Of a stretch of 64,000 bases of DNA, positions 54,681 through 63,999 are shown one piece after another. Position 1 is the first letter of the stretch. Each line of letters starts with the position of its first letter. The notes beneath the pieces were generated by a model, which worked only from the letters and a program-made list of their open reading frames with translations, did not search any database and had not been told where the DNA came from. Source of the stretch: Candidatus Latescibacterota bacterium (GTDB lineage: Bacteria > Latescibacterota > UBA2968 > UBA8231); the NCBI GenBank assembly GCA_965208105.1, contig OZ242318.1, forward strand, positions 1,344,001 to 1,408,000, written 5' to 3'. The position numbers and the translations under genes were made by a program.

Positions 54681-56018
54681 ATGCCCTCAGCGGGAAGCGC
54701 CGGGCGGCGCGCAGATGCACTGAACATCTTCGAGTCCGCACTGAAGGCAGCCGACCCCGGACAGTGCATCTCGAGAGCTCTGTCCGTACGAGATGGAGAA
54801 CTTCGCATCTGCGGCGTCTCCTATGCCCTGGAGCGGATCTCCAGGCTCGTCGTCGTCGGCGCGGGAAAAGCAACCCCCGCCATGGCCTCCGCGGTCGAAG
54901 GAATTCTGGGCGCAAGGATCAGCGCCGGTGCCGTCAACACCAAGTACGGCCACGCCCTGCCCCTCGACCACATCGCCACAACCGAATGCGGCCATCCCTT
55001 CCCCGACGAGGCCGGTGTGGCCGGTTCCGAGCGCATGCTCTCCCTGATCCAGGGGCTGGACGAGAACGCCCTGGTCATCGGCCTCTTCTCGGGCGGCGGA
55101 TCCGCCCTCATGCCCGCTCCCGCGGAGGGAATCTCCCTGGGCGAAAAGCAGGAGGCCACCCGGGCCCTGTTGGCCTGTGGAGCCACCATCGACGAAATCA
55201 ACGCCATCCGCAAACATCTCTCCCGCGCCAAAGGCGGTCTTCTCGCCCGCCGCGCCAATCCGGCGCGGATCGTATCGCTGCTCCTCTCGGACGTCGTCGG
55301 CGATCCCCTGGACACCATAGCTTCCGGACCCACCTGTCCCGACTCCACCAGCTTCGGCAACTGCCTGGACATCCTCGACCGCTACCGCCTGCGCCCCAGG
55401 CTGCCCGCCGCTGTGCTCCGACGCCTGGAAGCAGGCGCCCGAAACGAAATCGAGGACACGCCGAAAGTGGGCGACTCCTGCTTCGTCCGCAGCCGAAACC
55501 ATCTCATCGGCAACAACCTCCTCGCTATCGAATCCGCCGTTCAGACTGCCCGCGCCCTGGGCTACAACACTCTCGTGCTCTCCAGCCGAATCCAGGGAGA
55601 AGCCCGGGAGGTTGCGGCCGTTCACGCCGCCATCGCCCAGGAAGTGACCACCTCGAGTCAGCCCGTCCCTCCACCGGCCTGCGTCATCAGCGGGGGAGAG
55701 ACCACCGTCACCCTGAACGGCCGGGGAAAGGGGGGCCGCAGCCAGGAACTCGCCCTGGCCGCATCCATGCGCCTGGAGAACTGGGAGCGGATCACCCTGC
55801 TGAGCGCGGGTACGGACGGCAGCGACGGACCCACCGACGCAGCCGGCGCCATCGTGGACGGCAGCACCGCAGATCGGGCGCGCCAGCTCGGTCTTTCTCC
55901 TGCCGCCTGCCTTGCCGACAACGATTCCTACCATTTCTTCAAGGCGCTGGGCGACCTCGTAATCACCGGACCCACCAACACGAACGTCATGGATCTCCAA
56001 ATCATCCTGGCCTCCTGA
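54681..56018 (+). CDS. Glycerate 2-kinase (MOFRL / TtuD family)
   Basis: GAGKA, SGGGSAL, GGETTV, GTDGSDG and TGPTNTNVMD motifs. Confidence 0.92.
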   Translation: MPSAGSAGRRADALNIFESALKAADPGQCISRALSVRDGELRICGVSYALERISRLVVVGAGKATPAMASAVEGILGARISAGAVNTKYGHALPLDHIATTECGHPFPDEAGVAGSERMLSLIQGLDENALVIGLFSGGGSALMPAPAEGISLGEKQEATRALLACGATIDEINAIRKHLSRAKGGLLARRANPARIVSLLLSDVVGDPLDTIASGPTCPDSTSFGNCLDILDRYRLRPRLPAAVLRRLEAGARNEIEDTPKVGDSCFVRSRNHLIGNNLLAIESAVQTARALGYNTLVLSSRIQGEAREVAAVHAAIAQEVTTSSQPVPPPACVISGGETTVTLNGRGKGGRSQELALAASMRLENWERITLLSAGTDGSDGPTDAAGAIVDGSTADRARQLGLSPAACLADNDSYHFFKALGDLVITGPTNTNVMDLQIILAS

Positions 56019-56137
56019 TCCACGTCATCCTCCTCTTGACACCTCCTTTGCATACAGTTAGTATTTGCCCCGTCGGGTTCCAAACCGCCTCCTCTGTCCG
56101 GAATTTCCATCCGCGCCAAACCTTTCCGGTCCTCTTC

Positions 56138-57076
56138 ATGATCCGCTTCCTTTTCCCGCTTGCCTGCACCCTTCTGTTTCTGGCTCCGCCACTTTCCGCC
56201 GCATCGGGCTACGCGGGTGAGTTCCTCGCCCTTGGCGCCGGCGCCCGAGCCCTGGCCCTGGGCGGCGCCTATGTGGCCATCGCCGACGACGCCACCGCAG
56301 GTTACTGGAACGCGGCTGCCCTCGCCACCCTCACGGGACGCCGGGTCCACCTGACCCACGCACGCCGGTTCGCTGGATTGGTGCAACACGACTACCTGGC
56401 CCTGGCGCGTGCCGGCCAGCGCGTCCACGGGCTCGCCGTAAGCCTCCTGCGCATGGGCGTGGCCGATCAGAAGGAGACTGTCCTGCAGGATCCAGGAGGC
56501 TCTCTGGGACCAGACAACCGGCCCCTGGTTTCCTCCACCTTCAGCAGCTCCGACTACGCCGTGTACCTTTCGGGCGGACACAGGCTCTCCCGCGGCGTAT
56601 CTGCCGGCGCAAGCCTCAAACTGATCTACCGCAGCATCGGAAATTTCAGCAGCGCCTATGGCCTGGGGCTCGACCTGGGACTCCATTACCGCCTGCGCCC
56701 CGAAATCACCCTGGCGCTCAGTATCAGGGACGTTACCACCACTCCCCTTTCATGGAACACCGGTACCACCGACCGGATCCAACCATCAATCCTGGCCGGC
56801 ATCGCCTACTCCCGTCCTTTCATGGGCGGCCGGACCATCTTTTCCCTTGCTACCAGGCAGGGAGGAGATGCCGAGGACCATTCCGGGTCGAAGCCCGTCA
56901 ACGCCGGTCTCGAGTACCGGTACGAACAGGTCGCTCTGCGGGCCGGCATGGAAGAAGACAGTCCAGCCTATGGGCTGGGTTTGATCCTGCGCCGTCGTTT
57001 CGAGCTGGACCTCGCCCGCTTCGACCACTACGAGCTCGGACACACCTATCATTTCTCGGCCGGTGTCCAGTTCTGA
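56138..57076 (+). CDS. PorV/PorQ-family (UPF0164, FadL-like) outer-membrane barrel
   Basis: FLALGAGARALALGGAYVAIADDATAGYWNAAAL N-terminal signature; GLDLG; terminal GVQF. Confidence 0.8.
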   Translation: MIRFLFPLACTLLFLAPPLSAASGYAGEFLALGAGARALALGGAYVAIADDATAGYWNAAALATLTGRRVHLTHARRFAGLVQHDYLALARAGQRVHGLAVSLLRMGVADQKETVLQDPGGSLGPDNRPLVSSTFSSSDYAVYLSGGHRLSRGVSAGASLKLIYRSIGNFSSAYGLGLDLGLHYRLRPEITLALSIRDVTTTPLSWNTGTTDRIQPSILAGIAYSRPFMGGRTIFSLATRQGGDAEDHSGSKPVNAGLEYRYEQVALRAGMEEDSPAYGLGLILRRRFELDLARFDHYELGHTYHFSAGVQF

Positions 57077-57977
57077 TCGACCGGCGGTCGGCGGGGCACC
57101 GACCCGCTGCGGCTACGTCGCCCTGGTCGGGCGGCCCAACACCGGCAAATCCACCCTCTTCAACGCCTTTCTCGGCCAGCCTCTCTCGATCGTCACCTCC
57201 AAGCCCCAGACCACGCGCAGCCGCGTGCTGGGGATCTTGACCCGCCCGCGAAGCCAGATCATCTTCCTGGATACTCCGGGCCTCCTGGAACCCAGCTATA
57301 AGCTCCACGAGAGCATGGAGCGCCAGATCTTCATCGCTGCCCGCGAGGCCGACCTGGTACTGCTTCTCATGGATGCCTCACGGCCCCGCGACGGCCGCGA
57401 CCTCATCCGCCGCTTTCTGGAAAAATCCCGGGTTCCTCTCATCGCGGCCCTCAACAAGATCGATCTGCTCACCGAGGGGCAGGTTCAGGCGCAACGAGCA
57501 CAACTTCGAAGCGAACTGGGCTTGAAGAATCTGCTGCCCCTTTCCGCCCTGGAGGGGGAGGGAGTCGATGATCTTCTCGAGAACGCCGAAAGGCTTCTGC
57601 CCAGCGGCCGGAAGCTCTACCCCGACTCCATGGTCTCCGACCAGCCCGAGCGCTTTTTCGTCAGCGAATTCATCCGCGCCGCCGCCTTCAACAATCTGCT
57701 CGATGAGCTGCCCTACGCCCTCAACGTCGCCGTCGAGAGCTTCGCCGATCGCCCTGAAAAGACCTATGTCCAGGCCTTGATCTTCGTCGAGCGGGAAAGT
57801 CAGAAGGGCATCGTCATCGGACGCAAGGGCAGCCTGCTGCGAAAAATCGGACGCGAGGCCAGGCTTCAGATCGAAGAATTTCTCCAGCGTCCGGTCTATC
57901 TGGACCTGTGGGTGAAGGTGCGCCCCGACTGGCGCAAGAGAGAGAGAGACCTGACCGAGTTCGGATACATGCAGTAG
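57063..57977 (+). CDS. era: GTPase Era
   Basis: GRPNTGKST, DTPG, NKID and KH domain (SQKGIVIG). Confidence 0.96.
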   Translation: MSSSDRPAVGGAPTRCGYVALVGRPNTGKSTLFNAFLGQPLSIVTSKPQTTRSRVLGILTRPRSQIIFLDTPGLLEPSYKLHESMERQIFIAAREADLVLLLMDASRPRDGRDLIRRFLEKSRVPLIAALNKIDLLTEGQVQAQRAQLRSELGLKNLLPLSALEGEGVDDLLENAERLLPSGRKLYPDSMVSDQPERFFVSEFIRAAAFNNLLDELPYALNVAVESFADRPEKTYVQALIFVERESQKGIVIGRKGSLLRKIGREARLQIEEFLQRPVYLDLWVKVRPDWRKRERDLTEFGYMQ

Positions 57978-58126
57978 CTGCGGAGCCCGCGCTCCAGGAC
58001 GCGGCGGCGCCCCGATCCAGCCAAAGAGGGCTTTCGGCAATATGCGAGACTGAAGGGAGGCGGCCGCGGAGGGAATGGCGGGAGCATGTCCCCAGTCGAG
58101 TTCACCCAACAGGAAAGGAATTCTCC

Positions 58127-59458
58127 ATGAAGGTTCTCGTCGTCGGCAAGGGAGGCCGCGAGCACGCCCTGACCTGGAAGATCGCCCAGAGTCCCAAAGT
58201 TCAGCGCATCTACGCCGCCCCGGGCAGTCCGGGAATGGCCCAGCACGCCGAGTGCGTCGACATCCGGGTGGACACGCCCATTTCCAACCTTGAAGAGCTG
58301 ACGTCCGAAATCGGGCGGCTGCGGCAGTTCGCCCTCGACCAGCGCATCGACCTCACCGTGGTGGGACCGGACGATGTCCTCAGCGCCGGCATCGTGGACC
58401 GCTTCGCGGAGAAGGGCCTGAAGGCCTTCGGTCCCACGGCGGCGGCGGCCCGCATCGAAAGCGACAAGATTTTCGCCAAGGACCTGATGGTGCGCATCGG
58501 CGTGCCCACGGCGAGCTACCGCACCTTCAGCGACAGCGCCGCGGCCGCGGCCTACGTGCGCCAGCGCGGTTGCCCCATCGTGATCAAGCCCAAGGGGCTG
58601 ACTGCAGGCAAGGGAGTGGCGGTTGCCCGTACGGAAGAGGAGGCCTTCCAGGCCCTCTCTTCCATGATGGAGGAAGGTGCCTTCGGCGCAGCTGGGGAAG
58701 AGGTCGTCGTGGAGGACTTCATGGAGGGCGAGGAGGCCTCCCTCTTCGCCCTTACCGACGGGGAGAAATTCCTCACCCTCGCACCGGCCCAGGATCACAA
58801 GGCCGTCCACGAAGGAGACAAGGGGCCCAATACCGGCGGAATGGGCGCCTATGCCCCGGCTCCGCTGATGACCCCGGCGCGGGTCAGGGAAGCGCAGGAG
58901 CGCATCATCCGCCCGGTGCTGGACGAAATGCGCCGCCTCGGCTGCCCATTCCAGGGAGTACTTTACTGCGGGCTGATGCTGACGGATTCAGACCTCAAGG
59001 TGGTCGAGTTCAACAGCCGTATGGGCGACCCCGAAGCCCAGGTGGTGCTTCCCCTTCTCAAGAACGATTTCGTGGAGGTTATCGAAGCGGTCTGCGACGG
59101 CCGCCTGGACCAGGTCAGCATCGAAAACATCGATGCCGCCGCGGTGTGCGTCGTCGCCGCCTCGGAAGGCTACCCCGGTGCCTACGAAACCGGCCGTGAG
59201 ATCCGCGGCCTCGAGCGCCTGCAGGGGCGTGAAGACCTGCTCGCCTTTCACGCCGGCACCATGCTCGAGGACGGCCGTCTGCTGACCGCCGGAGGGAGGG
59301 TCATGGGGATTACCGCCATCGCCGCCGATATCCCGGCGGCCGTGCGCAAGGTCTACGCCGGCATCGAACAGATATCTTTCGATAATCTCTACATGCGCAG
59401 GGACATCGGCCACCGCGCCTTCCCCGGGATAACCTCCGCGCGGCCCCCCGGGACCTGA
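58127..59458 (+). CDS. purD: Phosphoribosylamine-glycine ligase
   Basis: GGREHAL, QDHK, GPNTGGMGAY and EFNSRMGDPE motifs. Confidence 0.96.
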   Translation: MKVLVVGKGGREHALTWKIAQSPKVQRIYAAPGSPGMAQHAECVDIRVDTPISNLEELTSEIGRLRQFALDQRIDLTVVGPDDVLSAGIVDRFAEKGLKAFGPTAAAARIESDKIFAKDLMVRIGVPTASYRTFSDSAAAAAYVRQRGCPIVIKPKGLTAGKGVAVARTEEEAFQALSSMMEEGAFGAAGEEVVVEDFMEGEEASLFALTDGEKFLTLAPAQDHKAVHEGDKGPNTGGMGAYAPAPLMTPARVREAQERIIRPVLDEMRRLGCPFQGVLYCGLMLTDSDLKVVEFNSRMGDPEAQVVLPLLKNDFVEVIEAVCDGRLDQVSIENIDAAAVCVVAASEGYPGAYETGREIRGLERLQGREDLLAFHAGTMLEDGRLLTAGGRVMGITAIAADIPAAVRKVYAGIEQISFDNLYMRRDIGHRAFPGITSARPPGT

Positions 59459-59482
59459 GCGCGGAGACCCGCCGAGGCTCGA

Positions 59483-60304
59483 TCAGAAGCAGAAAATGTA
59501 GAAGTCCTCGCGCGGACAGGATAGGGGGATCACCGTCGTCCCCAATTCATCTGCCAGGCGCTCTACCCGCAAGGCGTAATTCCGTTTCATCCCCATGTTC
59601 CTGCCGCAGAACGATCTGCTCGGAAAAGAGGCGACCACGTATGGCGCACCCGACTTCCTGAGCAGCTCCAGCGATGCGTCTCTCCGGGTGTGTTCCAGGC
59701 AGGGAATGGACTGGAACAAAAAAACCACGTCGCCTTCGAGGGCCGGGGTCCGGGTGAGGATGTCCGTGCACTGCGCACCTCCGGCCTGGTTCAGGCGCGC
59801 AAAGAAAGTGTTTATGCACGAGACCAGCCGGTGATCGATGTCATAGGCGCGATAGTTGACGCAGGGATCCACGTCCATCCAGGGCAGCGCGAAAGGATTG
59901 AATCCGCAAGCCAGGTCGACAATGGAACGGGGCCTGCCGATGGCGCTCCAGATCTCCCCGTAGAGCCCTTCGAGGAAGGGCAGGCGCTCGGCGGTGGACC
60001 TGTGCTGGCGGAGCAGGTTGCGGCAGGCCGCAAGCCTCGCTTCGGCGGAGACGGAGGCGGACAGCCCATCGATCAATTCTTCCACCTCGGCGAAATCGAC
60101 CTGGTCGAAATAGGCTCCGTATACCTGATGCAGTTTGCTCTTGGCGGCCTTCAGGGTCTTCCTGAATCCCCTGTTGCGAAGCATGGACCAGGCCGCCACC
60201 CGGACGAGAGTCTCCTCGCACAGGTGCCGGTATTTCCTGCTCTGCCTCAAATTACGGACAAGTCTGGAATTATCGATACTATTGGTTGTGCTCTGGACAG
60301 GCAT
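59483..60304 (-). CDS. 16S rRNA (guanine1405-N7)-methyltransferase family protein (ArmA/Rmt/Sgm/FmrO-like)
   Basis: SRKYRHLCEET, KSKLHQVYGAY, HRSTAERL, DLACGFNPFA, YDID and SFPSRSFCGRNMGMKRNY match the family motifs. Confidence 0.85.
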   Translation of the reverse strand: MPVQSTTNSIDNSRLVRNLRQSRKYRHLCEETLVRVAAWSMLRNRGFRKTLKAAKSKLHQVYGAYFDQVDFAEVEELIDGLSASVSAEARLAACRNLLRQHRSTAERLPFLEGLYGEIWSAIGRPRSIVDLACGFNPFALPWMDVDPCVNYRAYDIDHRLVSCINTFFARLNQAGGAQCTDILTRTPALEGDVVFLFQSIPCLEHTRRDASLELLRKSGAPYVVASFPSRSFCGRNMGMKRNYALRVERLADELGTTVIPLSCPREDFYIFCF

Positions 60305-60325
60305 TGGGCACCTGACTAGGTGACA

Positions 60326-61426
60326 CTAAGCCCTTTTGAAAAATTTCTCGATATAACTCAACAGCTTGTTGTAGAAATACAGGTTATGCACCGTGAAAAG
60401 ACGTTGCGCCAAGGGCTCGTTCATCCGGTGCAGATGGCGAAGATAGGCCCTCGTATACTGGCGGCAGCACCTGCAGCCGCAATTCTCGTCGACGGGAGAG
60501 AAATCTCTGCAGTACCTCTGGTCCGCCATATGGAGGTTGAAATAGAAAGATCCGCCCATCAACCTGGCCGCGCTCACTTCTCCATCGAATACGTACAATC
60601 TCCCGCGGCGGGCTTCCCGGGTGGGGATCACGCAATCGAACAGGTCATATCCCCACTGGTGCGCTTTTACGATGTTTTCCGGTCTTCCTATCCCCAGGGC
60701 GTGCCTGGGCGCGCCGGACGGAAGCAGCTCGCCCACCAGCTCCACCATTTCCACCAGGCCCCCATCGCGGTCGATGGGCCAACCCCCGAAGCCATAGCCG
60801 TCGAAGCCCATCTCCACCAGGCTCTCAGCGCAGGCCCGGCGCAGGGCTTCGTCGCTTCCACCCTGCACCACCGCGAACAACAGGGGCCGCCGGGGCGCTG
60901 CCGCTCCGTTTTCCAGCAGGCGGCAAAATTCTTCCCGGCACCTTCGGGCCCATTCGATGGTGTAGGTGACGCTCCTTTCCTGCTCTGCCCTGGCGGCGCG
61001 CCCATGGGTGCAGTAGTCGAGGCAGAATATGATATCCGCTCCCATGCGGACCTGCTTGCGGATACAGATCTCGGGTGACCACCTCCTCTCCCGCCGTCCC
61101 TTTCCCATGCGGTAGGTGATCCCCTGCGCGGCAATCCTCCCGGTCATTGACCCCTGGTCCTTGCGGTTGAGCACGGACAGAATCTGAAAGCCCCCGGAAT
61201 CCGACAGAATGGGCCCGTCCCACCCGGTGAACCGATGGATGCCCCCTGAGGCCGAGATAACCGAAGCGCCCGGGTCGGAGGCCAGATGAAGAGAGTTCAC
61301 CATGAGGCCGCCCGTCCCGCACCCGAGGAGGTCCTCCCGGTCAATGGTCTTCACCACACCCCTCGTTGCATCGGGGATGAATGCTGGCAGTGCGAGACGT
61401 CCGTGCCCGGTCTCTATCTGCGGCAA
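60326..61426 (-). CDS. Atypical tRNA-guanine transglycosylase family protein
   Basis: DSGGFQ, VVQGG, DLFDCVIPTR (catalytic Asp) and Zn site CGCRCC...H. TTG start after GGAGAAGGG. Confidence 0.88.
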   Translation of the reverse strand: MPQIETGHGRLALPAFIPDATRGVVKTIDREDLLGCGTGGLMVNSLHLASDPGASVISASGGIHRFTGWDGPILSDSGGFQILSVLNRKDQGSMTGRIAAQGITYRMGKGRRERRWSPEICIRKQVRMGADIIFCLDYCTHGRAARAEQERSVTYTIEWARRCREEFCRLLENGAAAPRRPLLFAVVQGGSDEALRRACAESLVEMGFDGYGFGGWPIDRDGGLVEMVELVGELLPSGAPRHALGIGRPENIVKAHQWGYDLFDCVIPTREARRGRLYVFDGEVSAARLMGGSFYFNLHMADQRYCRDFSPVDENCGCRCCRQYTRAYLRHLHRMNEPLAQRLFTVHNLYFYNKLLSYIEKFFKRA

Positions 61427-61473
61427 AATCCCTTCTCCTTTTCCCCCTCGAGGAGATGGTCCGACCTGTTTGA

Positions 61474-61502
61474 TTGACAGGCATCGAGCCTGCGGATATA
61501 TT
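61474..61502 (+). promoter_or_regulatory. Sigma70 promoter for folB-folK
   Basis: TTGACA-17-TATATT. Confidence 0.65.
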
Positions 61503-61528
61503 CAGCCGAACTGCCTGCGAGCCTTCCC

Positions 61529-61894
61529 ATGCCCTCCGATATCCTGCGCCTCCGCAACATGCGCTTTTTTGCCCACCACGGCCTCTTCGCCACCGAAGAA
61601 GAACTCGGCCAGCACTTCGAGGTCGACGTGGAACTCTGCGGCGATTTCTCCGCGGCCGGCCGCGAAGATTCCCACGCCGAGAGCCTGGACTATCCCCGGG
61701 TCTACGAGATCGTCCGCGGGGTGGTCACTCAGCGGCGGTTCAAGCTGGTGGAGGCCCTGGCCGAGCACATTGCCCGGGCGGTGGGCGAGACCTTCGCACC
61801 CATTGACCTGACCGTGCGGGTGCGCAAGCCCAATCCCCCGCTCGACGCTCACTTCGACGGAATCGAAGTGGAGCTGCGTCGCTCCTATGCCTGA
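61529..61894 (+). CDS. folB: Dihydroneopterin aldolase
   Basis: FFAHHG..EE..GQHFEVD, LDY, KLVEALAE and VRKPNPP motifs. Confidence 0.93.
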   Translation: MPSDILRLRNMRFFAHHGLFATEEELGQHFEVDVELCGDFSAAGREDSHAESLDYPRVYEIVRGVVTQRRFKLVEALAEHIARAVGETFAPIDLTVRVRKPNPPLDAHFDGIEVELRRSYA

Positions 61895-62414
61895 ACGAGC
61901 CTTCATCGGCATGGGGTCCAACCTGGGGGACCGCCGCGCCTTCCTCGAAGCGGGCCTCACCGCCCTGGCCGACCTCGAGGGAGTGATGCCCATTGCCCTT
62001 TCCTCCCTCTACGAAACGGCGCCCCAGGGATACCTGGACCAGCCCATGTTCCTCAACGCGGTCCTCTCGGTGCAAACGGAGCTTCCCCCCCCGGAGTTGC
62101 TCCTGGCAATGCAGCAAATCGAGGACAGCCACCAGCGCCGGCGCACGATTCACTGGGGACCCCGCACTCTCGACCTGGATCTCCTGCTCTACGGCTCGCG
62201 CCGGGTCAACAGCCCGGATCTGATCCTGCCCCACCCGTGCATCACCACCCGGAGCTTCGTCCTCGTTCCCCTCTGCGAGATCGCACCCGGACTCCGCCAC
62301 CCCTGCACCGGCAAGTCCTTCAGGTCCTACTGCGACGAACTCGAACCTGCCCGGGAGATCTGCAAGGCAGGGGCCCTCCGCGACTTGCCCGCAGGCTCCC
62401 GCGAAGGCCGCTGA
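61887..62414 (+). CDS. folK: 2-amino-4-hydroxy-6-hydroxymethyldihydropteridine diphosphokinase
   Basis: GMGSNLGD, FLNAV, WGPRTLDLDLL and LPHP motifs. Confidence 0.95.
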   Translation: MPERAFIGMGSNLGDRRAFLEAGLTALADLEGVMPIALSSLYETAPQGYLDQPMFLNAVLSVQTELPPPELLLAMQQIEDSHQRRRTIHWGPRTLDLDLLLYGSRRVNSPDLILPHPCITTRSFVLVPLCEIAPGLRHPCTGKSFRSYCDELEPAREICKAGALRDLPAGSREGR

Positions 62415-62454
62415 ACTCTGCGCAGGGTCTGGCGACAGAGAATCCGCCGCCCTG

Positions 62455-63999
62455 CTATCTCAGCAGACTGATCTTGCGGGCCACCTGCTTCGGTCCACTG
62501 CGGAGGAGGACGAGGTATGTCCCGCTCGCGAGTTGGCCGCCGCCCTCGTCCAGCCCGTCCCACGCGACCTGATGAGTCCCGGGCGGTAACAGCCCGCGGC
62601 GCAACAGGCGGACCCGCTGCCCCAGACTGTTGTAGAGCGACAGTTCCACCTCTTCGGCAGAGGACAGGCTGAAGGGGATAAGGACGCGGCGATTGAAGGG
62701 ATTGGGGAAGACGGGAGCGAGGACCGGTCCCAGGGGCAAGGTCTGGTCCGAGGACGCGACCACGGCCGTTGGGACCCTTGCCGACAGCTCGAACTCACGG
62801 CCCGGGGACGCGCCGCGTCCCACGATCAGTACCAGGCTGTCCACATTCACCACCTCCGCCACGCCCCCGCCCGAGGAGTCCAGCTCGACCGCAGCCAGGT
62901 CCCCCATCCCTTTCCTCATCGCGTAGGTCCAGACATGGAAGGATCCCTCCCGCTCTGCGGCGAATTGAAAAGCCAGACTTCCCTTGTGGCGGAAGAGGAC
63001 GTAGATGCTTCCCCACTCCCCTGCGATTGCGCCTCCTATCCCCTCGATGGGCAGGCCGGGAGCCAGGACAGGCAAGACGCGCCGGCCCCTGAGAGCGCCA
63101 TATCCGTAGTACTTCTCCTCCACCGCGTAGTTGCCTACAATCCACCGCCCCCAGACCTCCTTGAACCCCCCTTCCCCTTCGGAGCCGTCGAGAACCGCCT
63201 CGATCCCGTCGATGCCGTTTCCCGGCTCCCGGACCAGCGCCCGGATAGATCCCGGTCCAAATTTTTCCGCCAGGAAGGACATGAAGAGATAGGTCGCTCC
63301 GTAGTTGTCCGCCCTGTTCTGCCAGTTGGTGAGACTCACCTGTGGGTCCATCAGAAACGCAGGCACCGCCGCCGGGTCGGCGCCGGGGTATCCGGCCAAC
63401 TCCTCGGCATAGCCGGAGAGCCCCTCATCGACCCAGGATTCCTCGTCCTCGTCGTGGGACCAGTGGATGAGGTGCTGGAACTCGTGCGCCAGGGTCCCAC
63501 CGGCCAGGTAGCGCCGCCGGCGAACCGTGGCCGCGTCCAGGTACACAATATCGCGGCGCAGGCGGGTATCGGGATGTGCCGCAACCCTTGGGTCGAAGAA
63601 CCCGGCCAGGTCGGGACGGTCCGGATTGGGATTGCCCAGGTCCAGAATCAAGATGAAAACGCGCGCATCGCCATCGACGTCGGCCGGCTCCCCGAATGCC
63701 TCGGAGGCCAGGTCATAGATCCCGCGCTCCGCATCCGAGGGCACCGCGTGGTCGAACAGCTCTCCGACGAAGTCCACGTCTACCTGCAGCACCGGCCCCC
63801 CATTGGCGTCCCACTGGGCGCTCTCGACGAAGACATAGCAGTGCTCCCCCGCGTACCTGCAGACGGCCGGCTGCAACGACGATCTGCCGGCGACCACGAA
63901 TTCGCGCTGGCTGCCGACCTCTATGGGATCCTCATCCTGCTGCCCGGCCAGGACCTTGGCGCTGGGCAGGGGGAGCCGCTCCGCATTGCGGCGCAGCCA
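62455..63999 (-). CDS. Secreted zinc metalloprotease (HEFQH) with C-terminal FlgD-Ig/T9SS-type sorting domain; 5' end beyond the window
   Basis: LAHEFQHLIH...WVDEGLS motif; C-terminal PNPFN...YNSLGQRVR...WDGLD..G..LASGTY. The frame stays open to the window edge. Confidence 0.82.
   Translation of the reverse strand, partial: WLRRNAERLPLPSAKVLAGQQDEDPIEVGSQREFVVAGRSSLQPAVCRYAGEHCYVFVESAQWDANGGPVLQVDVDFVGELFDHAVPSDAERGIYDLASEAFGEPADVDGDARVFILILDLGNPNPDRPDLAGFFDPRVAAHPDTRLRRDIVYLDAATVRRRRYLAGGTLAHEFQHLIHWSHDEDEESWVDEGLSGYAEELAGYPGADPAAVPAFLMDPQVSLTNWQNRADNYGATYLFMSFLAEKFGPGSIRALVREPGNGIDGIEAVLDGSEGEGGFKEVWGRWIVGNYAVEEKYYGYGALRGRRVLPVLAPGLPIEGIGGAIAGEWGSIYVLFRHKGSLAFQFAAEREGSFHVWTYAMRKGMGDLAAVELDSSGGGVAEVVNVDSLVLIVGRGASPGREFELSARVPTAVVASSDQTLPLGPVLAPVFPNPFNRRVLIPFSLSSAEEVELSLYNSLGQRVRLLRRGLLPPGTHQVAWDGLDEGGGQLASGTYLVLLRSGPKQVARKISLLR

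Noticed and set aside
57978-58126. Possible ZMP/ZTP (pfl) riboswitch ahead of purD (ATGC-GAGACTG...GGGA-GCAT)
   Set aside because: The context is attractive, but the GACUGGCG core is degenerate and the 3' GCCGACCGCCUGGGC hairpin/pseudoknot is absent. Unsupported without an Rfam hit.
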